64,000 nt of DNA from Phaeosaccion multiseriatum (Eukaryota > Protista > Ochrophyta, other classes). Positions 37,867 to 48,700 of the stretch are shown piece after piece. Position 1 is the stretch's first letter. Each line of letters opens with the position of its first letter. A model generated the notes under the pieces. The model did not search any database, was not told the origin of the DNA, and saw only the letters and a program-made list of their open reading frames with translations. The position numbers and the translations under genes were made by a program. The stretch lies in NCBI GenBank assembly GCA_965112735.1, contig OZ218951.1, positions 124,001 to 188,000 of the forward strand, read 5' to 3'.

Positions 37867-40800
37867 ATGAAGGCGGGCGCTGGGAGGAGTAGCTCTGCAG
37901 CCGTCGCCATCCTTGCGGCGGCGGCGTGGCTCACGGATGGGACGGAGGGAGGCGTGATCACAACCACGAGCGTCGGAAGCAGCTGTGCTTCCATTTACGG
38001 GACGCTGAAGTGCTGGGGACTGTAAGTGCCATGCATGCATCCACTTTTCTCTCTCTCTCTCTCTCTCTCTCTACTGATTCTACTTTTTTCGTCTTGTTTG
38101 CTCTATTCAGCTCTTCCCAAGGGCAGCTCGGCCTGGGGTCAACGCCCAGCGCCGCGGTAGGGGATTCAACAGGGGAAATGGGTGACAACTTGGACACCAC
38201 CGACATTGGGACTGGGCGCACTGCCATAGCGCTTGGCGGCTCTGACTCCAGCATGTGTGCCGTGCGGGATGACGGCACTGTGGTGTGCTGGGGATATAAT
38301 GACAAGGGCCAGCTCGGAGTGGTGAGTCTGTCGTAGGTGGCATCCATGACTGCCTTGCGTGGCGAGCATCAAGTATCACAACTGCAATGTGCTGCCTTTC
38401 TAACGCCTCCATTGTTCTCATTCATTGACCAGGGCCACAAAACCGAAATAGGCCTCTCAAGTGGTGAAATGGGTGACGACTTGACTTCAGTGGACCTCGG
38501 CACCACGGCCACCGACGTGTGCGGCGGTGAGCAAGTGCAAGAGATGGGAAGCCTACTCTAGCCTCTGTGCACTCCCTCAATACACCTCGCTCTCCCTTCT
38601 CTCCACCCCATCGTACTCACAGGTCAATACGGCCACTGTGCGCTGCTGAGCACATCAAATGTCAAGTGGTGAGGTTGGAGGCCTAGCGCTGTTCTTGGTG
38701 AGGTGACCCGCAATGCCTCCTTACCCGTCCCCCCGTTTCTGTCTTTTCCGCCTCCTCCAGCTGGGGAGATAACTCTTACGGGCAGCTTGGACAGGGAAAC
38801 AAAGACACGTTGGGAGACAGCTCCGGAGAGATGTCTTCGTTGGTAAGACGTTGCATGAGGGCCAGACCCAGGTGTAGGTGTGGGTGGGGGAGAGGGGGGG
38901 GGGAGCCTAACCAATCAGATGACGAAACCCTCGCCTCACATCCTCTCTGATTGATTCTGATTGTGTCTGATGTCTGCCCTCCCTGGATCGCTCATGACCG
39001 AAAGGCCGTCATTGACTTGGGGAGTGGAGTCACGGCAACGGCGATCACATGCGGCTATGTTCACAATTGTGTGGTAAGTGAACAGGGAGTTGGAGAGGGC
39101 GAGACGGGTGCCACAGGCACAAGACTGATCAATAACGCCTTCTTCTCTTGCCCTGCTGTGCGCCGTGCTCCCGTACAGATCACGAACACGGCCAGCGTCA
39201 AGTGCTGGTGCGTACTCAAAACACTCCTTCTATGCCGCCTGTTGTCCAAAGGGGGCCCTCATCCGTCTGTGCGCTCTCGTCATCCACTGCCTCTCGACAG
39301 GGGAAACAACGCATGGGGCCAGCTGGGCGTGGATGACGGGGACCCCATTGGAGACGGCGCGGGGGAGATGGGGGACAGCTTGGGGGAGACCGATTTGGGA
39401 GGGAGTTACACCGCCCTTGCAATTGTGGCAGGCAAATATCACACTTGCGCGGTGAGACGAAGAGCCAACGTCGAGGACGAGCGAGGCGGAGTACTCTCTG
39501 GTGATAACTGATGTCCTCCCATGGCACTCCTGCCTCTCCCCCTTTGTCTCCGCGCTATCTCGACGCTCCAGATCCGAAACACCAACGACGTGGTGTGCTG
39601 GGGAGAAAATGACTACGGTGAGCTGCTGCAAGGAGGGAATGGTTTTCGTAACGTGTGGTCTGATGGGGGAAAAGCGAAGAGATAGACGGCATGCGGAAGA
39701 GCGAGAAGGGGCTCCCAAGGCCGCCTGTCACCACGAGTGTGATCACTGCCCCTCACACCTCTCTTCCCCGCACCCCTTGCCTCTCTGCTGCCTCTGCCTT
39801 CCTTCCCTGCTGCTTCCAGGCCAGGTATATGGATGCAAAGCTTGAAGCAAGCAAACACCCTGAGAAGATGCGCCAGTGCGCCAGAGGCCAGCCGAAATGG
39901 ACTCTGCTAAAGTGGCGCCCGCCCTCTCTGCCCCCCTCTCTCATCATCGCCCCCCTCTCTCGTCCTGTCCTGTCTCCCTTCCATTTACTGCCATCCCCTG
40001 TCCTGTCCTGTCCTGTCCTGTCCTCTCAGCTCGGCGTTGGTAGCACGACTGACATCGACAACACAGCCGAATTCGCCGCCATGGCAAGTGATGAAGGCTG
40101 AGCGGTGGTGTATGTTGCGGTTACCGTTCAGCTGCAGAACGAGTCCCCCTTCCTCCCTCATCCACCCATCTGCCATCTTGTGCTTTGCTTGTTCGCTCGT
40201 CTCAGACGGCCATTGACCTGGGCACCGGCAGAAACGCCACGGCCATCGCGGCGTGCTATACTTCCACGTGCGCCATTCTGGACACAGGTGGGTCACAAAG
40301 GCATACGTTGCTGGGTCTTGCTGCCCCCTCCCCTCTTCGAATCTTCACACGACTATACCTTGCTTCATTTCCTCCTCCCCTCCCGCCCGCCCCGCAGGAG
40401 ACGTCAAGTGTTGGGGCAGGAACGATTACGGAGAGCTTGCTTCAGGGAACAGTCTTGACCTCGGGAACGGGTCGGGTGAGATGGGCGATAGCTTGAGCGT
40501 CCTCGACTTTGGCACGGGGCGGACTGCGGTGTCCATCAGCGGCAAGGGCAACCACTTTTGTGCGGTGCTGGACAATGACGACATTGTCTGTTGGGGACGC
40601 AACAACTAGTAAGTATTCCGAAGGGAGCAGCAGCTAGGCCGTTAGCCAAGGCATCTGATGGACGGCTTGCTTGCTTGCCTTGCTTGTCCTGCCCCCCTCT
40701 TCCGATACAATGTCTTCCTTCCCAGTGGCCAAGCGGGCATAGGCAGTTCTCAGTCCGCGGTTGGTACCTCCTCCGGAGACCTTAGTCTTGTGGCTGTCGA

Positions 40801-43800
40801 CGTGGGGACGGTGCCCTCACCAGCGCCCACCGCCGCCCCGACCCAGGTAATAATATGTATAGCCGTCACTACCCTCGATTCCCATCTGTAGCGATCTAAT
40901 CATGCTCCAACACAGCTCCCACGGTGGCCCCAACCCAGGCCCCCACTCTGGTACGGTGGTGCTGCTGCCTTGCTTATACGCCTCATGCCGGCGTGTGCCC
41001 CCCCTTACGTTTGGCACTCTTGCTCATCGCCCTTTCTGAAATTCCTTTCTCCTCAGGCGCCGACGGCTGCTCCAACAACAGCTCCCACGGTGGCCCCAAC
41101 CCAGGCCCCCACTCTGGTACGGTGGTGCTGCTGCCTTGCTTATACGCCTCCTGCCGGCGTGTCCCCCCCCTTACGTTTGGCACTCTTGCTCATCACCCAT
41201 TCTGAAATTCCTTTCTCCTCAGGCGCCGACGGCTGCTCCAACAACATCTCCCACGGCGGCCCCAAGTCTGGCCCCGACTCAGGTTTGTACTGCCATCTTT
41301 GCACCTTTTTGCTGCCTCTCTTTGTTGGACTGTTTAGGCCCAACCAACGCCTTCCCTCTTTTGGTGCCTCTGTTCTCAGGCGCCTGCGGCGCCTTCGACC
41401 CCTGCCCCAACGGCCGCCCCAACCACAGCGCCGACGAGAGTCCCCACTGAGGTCAGTGGTAGCTGCTGCCTGTCAGTGGCTGCCGTCCTTGCTCCCGGCG
41501 GGGGTGAGGTAGACTCTCCCGTCAACGACCTTCCTCGCTTCCCTCTCGCTGCCCCTCTTTCTTGTTCTCGTCAGGCTCCAACTCAGGCACCAACTCGGGC
41601 ACCAAGTCAGGCACCAACAGCTGCGCCTACTCAGGTTAGGGCTAGGGTTAGGGTTAGGGTTAAGTGACTGCACTGGACCCTTTCTCTCCCTTCTTTCCTG
41701 AGTGACTGAGGAAGGGCGGAAGCCTTCCTGAGTGAGGGAGTGAGGGAGGGAGGCAGGGAGCCTGAGTGAGTGAGTGGATAAGTGGGGGAGGGAGGGAGGG
41801 AGGGAAGGGGCGAGGAAGTTTCTTTCCTGCCTTCCTTCCTTCCCTCCTTTCTTCCTTCCATTCTTTTCTTCCTTCCTTCCTTCGTTCCTTCGTTCGTTCG
41901 TTCCTTCCTTCCTCCCTTCCTCCCTCCCTTCCTTCCTTCCTTCCTTCCTTCCTTCCTTCCTTCCTTCCTTCCTTCCTTCCCTCCTTCCTTCCTTCCTTCC
42001 TTTCTTCCTTCCTTCCTTCCTTCCTTCCTTCCTTCCTTCCTTCCTTTCTTTCTTCCTTCCTTCCTTCCTTCCTCTCTTCCTTCCTTCCTTCCTTCCTTCC
42101 TTCCTCCCTTCCTCCCTCCCTTCCTTCCTTCCTTCCTTCCTTCCTTCCTTCCTCTCTTCCTCCCTCCCTCCCTTCCTTCCTTCCTTCCTCCGTCCCTCCC
42201 TCCCTCCCTTCCTTCCTTCCTTCCTTCCTTCCTTCCTTCCTTCCTTCCTTCCTTCCTTCCTTCCTTCCTTCCTTCCTTCCTTCCTTCCTTCCTTCCTTCC
42301 TTCCTTCCTTCCTTCCTTCCTTCCTTCCTTCCTTCCTTCCTTCCTTCCTCCCTTCCTTCCTTCCTTCCTTCCTTCCTTCCTTCCTTCCTTCCTTCCTTCC
42401 TTCCTTCCTTCCTCCCTCCCTCCCTTCCTTCCTTCCTTCCTTCCTTCCTTCCTTCCTTCCTTCCTTCCTTCCTTCCTTCCTTCCTTCCTTCCTTCCTTCC
42501 TTCCTTCCTTCCTTCCTTCCTTCCTTCCTTCCTTCCTTCCTTCCTTCCTCTCTTCCTTCCTCTCTTCCTTCCTTCCTTCCTGCCTTCCTCCCTCCCTTCC
42601 TTCCTTCCTTCCTTCCGTCCTCCGTCCCTCCCTCCCTCCCTTCCTTCCTTCCTTCCTTCCTTCCTTCCTTCCTTCCTTCCTTCCTTCCTTCCTTCCTTCC
42701 TTCCTTCCTTCCTTCCCTCCTTCCCTCCTTCCTTCCTCTCCTCCTTTCTTCCTTCCTTCCTTCCTCCCTCCCTTCCTTCCTTCCTTCCTTCCTTCCTTCC
42801 TTCCTCTCTTCCTCCCTCCCTTCCTTCCTTCCTTCCTTCCTTCCTTCCTTCCTTCCTTCCTTCCTCCGTCCCTCCCTCCCTCCCTTCCTTCCTTCCTTCC
42901 TTCCTTCCTTCCTTCCTTCCTTCCTTCCTTCCTTCCTTCCTTCCTTCCTTCCTTCCTTCCTTCCTTCCTTCCTTCCTTCCTTCCCTCCTTCCTTCCTTCC
43001 TTCCTCCCTCCCTCCCTCCCTCCCTCCCTCCCTCCCTCCCTCTCTCCCTCCCTCCCTTCCTCCCTCCCTCCCTCCCTCCCTCCCTTCTTTCCTTCCTTCC
43101 TTCCTTCCTTCCTTCCTTCCTTCCTTCCTTCCTTCATTCATTCATTCCTTCCTTCCTTCCTTCCTTCCTTCCCTCCCTCCCTCCCTCCCTCCCTCCCTCC
43201 CTCCTTCCCTCCTGCCTTTCTTCCTGCCTTCCTTCCTTGTCAGGCCCCAACGACGGCCCCAACAGCTGCCCCAACTGCCGCCCCAACGGCCGCCCCAACG
43301 ACCGCCCCAACAGCCGCCCCAACCAACGCCCCCACCACGGCCCCGACAACAGCTCCTACAAAGGTAGTGTTTGCTCTGATTCCACCCCTCCTGCGGCTCT
43401 CTCAACCCGTGCTGCCCCTCTCTTGCGCTGGTCTATCCTCGACTCTGTCATTCCTCCCCTCTCGTCAGGCGCCAACAGCAGCACCAACAGCAGCACCAAC
43501 AGCAGCACCAACAGCAGCTCCAACAGCAGCTCCAACAGCAGCCCCTACAGAGGTGAAAAAAGAAAAAAAGGAAAAAAAAACCAAAAAAAGGGTGGGGTTC
43601 CTTTGCCACTTGCTGTGACGGGTCGCTCAGCCAGCGTGACTTGTTCGGCACGTCGTCTTGCTTGTCGTTGCTTTGGTGTGTGTCCGTACGAGATGTTGTT
43701 CCCCCCTCAGCCTGGACTCATGCTTGCTTTTGCCTCCCGACTGAATGTTGTGTGCCAGGCACCTACCCTCGCCCCTGCGCTACCGACCGAGGGCACCTAC

Positions 43801-44553
43801 GTCATAGGCACTTGGGAGCTCAAGGGAGAGGACGCCAGCTCGGCTGAAGCTGAGGACTTACTCACTGCCTTCCTCTTCGCATTACGGGTTATCGCCGGTG
43901 GGAGCGCACAAGATGCGGTCATCACCAAGGTGGAAGATGGCAGCGGAGGGTCCAGGAGGAGACTCTATGGGCCGGGGTCCGAGGTAGCGCTGAATCACAT
44001 GCCGCCGTCTCCCCGAATATCGTCGTTGAGCACAGCAGCAAGCGCGGAGGTGAGCTTCCTCGTGGATGGCTTCACCTCCAGCGCCGCCGCCACACAAGCA
44101 GCCGCAGATCTGCGGCAGAGCTTTGAGGACGGAGAGTTCCTGACCCGCGTGTGGGACTATATTGTTGCCTTCCGAACGACAACGACGACAAGCGCAGACA
44201 CTGAGCAGCCGGCAGCGTGGGCCATCCTCAGCTTCACAGTCACGGCCGTGCTGGAAGGGGTCGACGGCAGCGGGTCGGAGGGGTCCATAACAGCGACAAC
44301 AATCGCTCTCATCGCCGCGGCGGTGCTCGGCGGTGTCCTCCTCGTGGCAACTGCGCCATTCTGCCACCATACGAGAATAGACTTCAAGTACCACGCCCGC
44401 AAGGCCCGCGCAAAGGTGCATCCTACGTTGGGGGGTAGGCCAGACAAGCTCGTGCTGGTGAAGAGCATCCATCACAATGACATGCACATGCCCGAAAGCG
44501 TTCTCAAAGCCCTCCCGGATAACCATGAGGAGGACTCCGAGGATTTGCTGTGA
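37867..44553 (+). CDS. Receptor-like type I membrane protein A: signal peptide, 7-blade RCC1/BLIP-II propeller, TAAP mucin-like stalk, RRL-containing juxtamembrane domain, TM, short tail; ~21 exons
   Basis: Propeller exons: 37867-38021, 38111-38321, 38433-38526, 38623-38668, 38761-38842, 39005-39073, 39179-39207, 39301-39451, 39572-39617, 39820-39824, 40030-40083, 40206-40287, 40398-40608, 40726-40846. These give seven CWGxNxxGQLG-type motifs with GDxxGEMGD inserts. Six stalk exons lie at 41057-43552. Last exon 43759-44553 carries the TM (IALIAAAVLGGVLLVATAPF). Confidence 0.85.
41820..43240. repeat. ~1.4-kb (TTCC)n/(TCCC)n polypyrimidine microsatellite inside a stalk intron of receptor A
   Basis: Read directly. 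Confidence 0.95.
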
Positions 44554-45290
44554 AGCAAAGGGGATGTATCTTGCGAGTACTAGCAGCTGTGTTGGGCCAT
44601 TTGCTTCGCAGTGCGGGTTGTCATCGATGGAAGTGGCTGTGCAACGTGCGATCATCACAAATGTGGAGGATGGCGCGGAGGCAGGGATGGGTCCAGGAGG
44701 AGCCTCTTTGGGCCAGGGTCCGAGGCGGGGCTGAATCACGTGCCACCTGCCGAACACCGTTGTTGAGCATAGCAAGCGGGGAGGTGAGCTTCCTCGTCAA
44801 TGGCTCCACCTCCAGCGCAGCCGCCACACAAGCAACTGCGACGAAGCGTTGCAGATGGATGGTTCCTGAGCCTGGGCCGCGTGTGGGACTAGCTTTCGGC
44901 CTTCCGCGCGGCGACGACGACAAGCGCAGACACTGAGCAGCCGGCAGCGTGGGCCATCCTCAGATTCACAGTCACGGCCGTGCTGGGAGGGGTCGACGGC
45001 AGCGGGTCGGAGGGGTCCATAACAGCGACAACAATCGCTCTCATCGCCGCGGCGGTGCTCGGTGGTGTCCTCCTCGTGGCAACTGCGCCGTTCTACAATC
45101 GAAGGAGAGCAGATCTCACGTACCAGCCACGCACGCAAGGCCCGCACGAAGTGCACCCTGCCCTGTGAGGGGCAACAAGCCAGAAAAACTCGTGGTGGTG
45201 TAAAGAGCCCCTACCACCACGACATACGGGTGCCTGAGCGCGTGCTCACCCAAGGCCCTCGCCGAGCGATAACAGCCATGGAGTGAAGAG
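44554..45290 (+). pseudogene. Decayed tandem duplicate of the terminal exon of receptor A (juxtamembrane domain + TM + tail)
   Basis: 44910-45093 is nearly identical to 44200-44360 and its upstream flank (GVDGSGSEGSITATTIALIAAAVLGGVLLVATAPF). Flanks carry indels and stops (GACTAT to GACTAG at ~44890; TGA at 45166). Confidence 0.75.
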
Positions 45291-45747
45291 GCAGGAGGAG
45301 CCCTCCCTCCAAGGATTTACAATAAAGCAAGCGTAACACAGCGAACACCTCACATAGTCCAGAGGCCTCCGTAGCGAGCCTGATGGTCGGTCTTACTGAA
45401 GTACGGATTTTTCTTCATCGAGCACACTAAGGAGAGCATGAAAACGGCCGAGCTGCCTCTTCTCTCTTTCTTTACAAGCAACTCCCTTTGTGTGCGTGTG
45501 ATTCTGCTGGCTGCTACTCGAGGGCTTTCCCATCCAAGCCTCCTCCTTCTCCCCGCCTATTATAGGAAATTGAAACTCTGTGGGGGTACTGTAGGGGGCT
45601 TCTTTTTTCCGAAACTGTCTTTTTCCGAAACTGTCATTCTGTCAAAAATATACTCTTTCCCCCTCGATTTGCCTCGTGCCCCCTCTTTTTTTGCTCTCCA
45701 GACCAAGTCCTCACTCTTTCAATGAATCTGAGCTTGCTGCGCGGCAC

Positions 45748-48700
45748 ATGAAAGTCCACCCTGCTGGCAGAAGAGGCGGTCCAGCCGTCGCCATCAGTGT
45801 GGCTGCAGCGTGGCTCACGAATGGGACGGACGGTGTGATCGTGGCCCTCTCAGCTTCGCATACTTGCGCTTCGGTGTACGGCACTCTGAAATGCTGGGGA
45901 GAGTAAGTTTCATGGGTCACGTCCTCTTTTGCCCCTCTCAATCATCGCGCACCGGCCTTTGTTGCTGATCGGCCCTGCTTGTCTGCTTGCTTGGCTTGGC
46001 TGTCTGCAAGGAGGATCCCGTTCGTTGTGAGCTGCTGCCAGTAGCTACGCTACTGAACTTGGACTGGTGCTCACGTTCCTGCTCTACTGCTGTTCCTCCA
46101 ACTTGTTTGTTCAGCTCTTCAGAAGGGCAGCTGGGCCTGGGGTCTGACCCAGGGGGCAATGTGGGGGATTCATCGGGGCAGATGGGTGACAACTTGGGCA
46201 CCACCGACATTGGGACTGGGCATACAGCTATAGCACTTGGCGGCTCTGAAAGCAGCATGTGCGCCGTGCGGGATGACGGTACTGTGGTGTGCTGGGGATA
46301 TAATAACAAGGGCCAGCTCGGAGTGGTGAGTCTGTTGGAGAGGTTCATTTTAAAAAGCCCAAGGTTGTTATCGTCAACAAACTTTTCTAATGTCTCCTGC
46401 CTACTGCGTATTGTACCCTCTCACCAGGAGGACACCAACGCTGTAGGGCTCTCAAGTGGTGACATGGGTGACAACTTGAATTCGGTGTACCTCGGCGCCA
46501 CGGCCATCGACGTGGACGGCGGTGAGAAGAGGTGGAAGCCTGCTGTAGCTTGTACTTCTGTAGCACTGTGTACCCACACCCTCGTCTCATCACGGCCTTT
46601 TCTGTCCATCGCATTCACAGGCGAATACGGTTACTGCGCCCTGCTGAGCACATCTAACGTCAAATGGTGAGGTTGGAGAGGGAGGAATGCCGAAAAATGG
46701 CTGGGGGGGGGTGCAAGCCATGCCTCCTTACCTCCTCAATACACCTCCCCCCCTTCCGCCCGCCTCCTCCAGCTGGGGAGCCAACAATTACGGGCAGCTC
46801 GGACAGGAGAACCAAGATGATTTGGGAGACGATTCCGGAGAGATGACTTCGTTGGTAAGACGGCACGACGAGGATCAGACCCAGGGGGGTAGGTGTAGGT
46901 GTAGGTGGGGGAGAGGGTGGAGTCTATCCAAACCAAATGGCCCGACCATTGCCTCACGCCCGCTCTGACTGTGTCTGATGTCTTCCCTCCCTCCTGGATC
47001 GCTCATGATCGAAAGGCCGTCATCGACTTGGGGAGTGGAGTCACGGCAGCAGCGATTGCGTGTGGCACTCATCACAATTGTGTGGTAAGTGAACAGGGAG
47101 TTGGAGAGGGCAAGACGGGTGCCATAGTCAGAGGACTGATCAAGCAACGCCTTCTTCTCTTGCCCTGCTGTGTGCCGTGCTCCTGTACAGATCACCAACA
47201 CGGCCAGCGTCAAGTGCTGGTGCGTACTCAAACACTCCTTCTATGCTGTCTTTTGTCCAAAGGGGGCCTCATCCGTCTGTGCGCTCTCGTCATCCACTGT
47301 CGCTCGACTGTATGCAACTCTAATAACAGGGGTCGCAATAATGACGGACAGCTGGGCGTGGACACCGACGACAAAATTGGAGACGATTCAGGGGAGATGG
47401 GGAGCAGCTTGGCCGATGTCAACCTGGGAGGGAGTGCCAACACCGCCATCGCAATTGCGGCAGGGGAGGCTTTCAGCTGTGCGGTGAGATGGAAGAGCCA
47501 ATGTGGAGGATGAGCGCGGTGAAATACTCTCTGGTGATTATTAATGTCCTCCCTATGGCACGTCTCTCTCCCTCTGCTACTTGGGCGCCTTCTCGACGCT
47601 CCAGATCCGAAGCACCAACGACGTGGTGTGCTGGGGAAGAAATAACGCCGGTGAGCTGCTGCAAGGAGCGAATGGTTTTCGTAACGAGTGGTCTGATGGG
47701 GGGAAAGCGAAGAGATAGACGGCATGCGGAAGAGCGAGAAGGGGCTCCCAAGGCCGCCTGTCACCACGAGTGTGATCACTGCCCCTCACACCTCTCTTCC
47801 CCGCACCCCTTGCCTCTCTGCTGCCTCTGCCTTCCATCCCTGCTGCTTCCAGGCCAGGTATATGGATGCAAAGCTCGAAGCAAGCAAACACCCCGAGACG
47901 ATGCGCCAGCAGGCCAGCCGAAATGGCCTCTGCTAAAGTGGCGCCCGCCCTCTCTGCCTCCCTCTCTCATCATCGCCCTGTGCCTCTCGTCCTGTCCTGT
48001 CCTGTCCATCCACTGCCATCCCCTCTCCTGCCCTGTCCTGTCCTCTCAGCTCGGCATTGGTAGCCAAGATAACATCGATGACGCAGCCGAATTCGCCGCC
48101 ATGGCAAGTGATGGAGGCTGAGCGGTGGTGTATGTTGCGACTGAGGTTCAGCTGCCAAACGAGTCCCCCTTCCCCTCTCATCCACCCATCTTGCCATCTT
48201 GTGCTTTGCTTGTTCGCTCGTCTCAGACCGCCATTGACCTGGGCACAGGGAGAACTGCCACGGCCATCGCGGCGTGCTTTACTTCCACGTGCGCCATTCT
48301 GGACACAGGTGGGTCACGATGGCAGCACGCATGGCTGGGCTGCAAGCATTTCGCTTTTTAAGGCGCCTGGCCTTGCTTCTGCCTACCCGTCTCGAAACGC
48401 CCCATTCCCGCTTCCCTTTGCCCGCCCTGCAGGTGACGTCAAGTGCTGGGGAATGAATGACAACGGACAGCTTGCTTTAGGGCACAGTGACGACATCGGG
48501 GACGAGTCTGGAGAGATGGGCGACAGCTTAGATGCAATCGACTTTGGCACAGGGCGCACTGCGGTATCCATCACCGGCAAGGGCGAAGGTTTCTGTGCCG
48601 TGCTGGACAACAACGACATTGTCTGTTGGGGTCTCAACAACTTGTAAGCACTACGAAGGGAGAAGCTCGGTCACGAAGGCCACTGACCAACACCGCACAC

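Noticed and set aside
41635-41665. TTAGGG units as a chromosome end or fusion scar (also 25047, 55036, 36495)
   Set aside because: Only 2-4 units, internal to genes or UTRs; the 41635 case begins at a splice donor and is treated as a donor echo.
41473-43618. Long ORFs of 490-920 aa (EGRK / PSFL repeats)
   Set aside because: Stop-free translations of an intronic (TTCC)n tract; only the stalk exons and 43759-44553 are coding.
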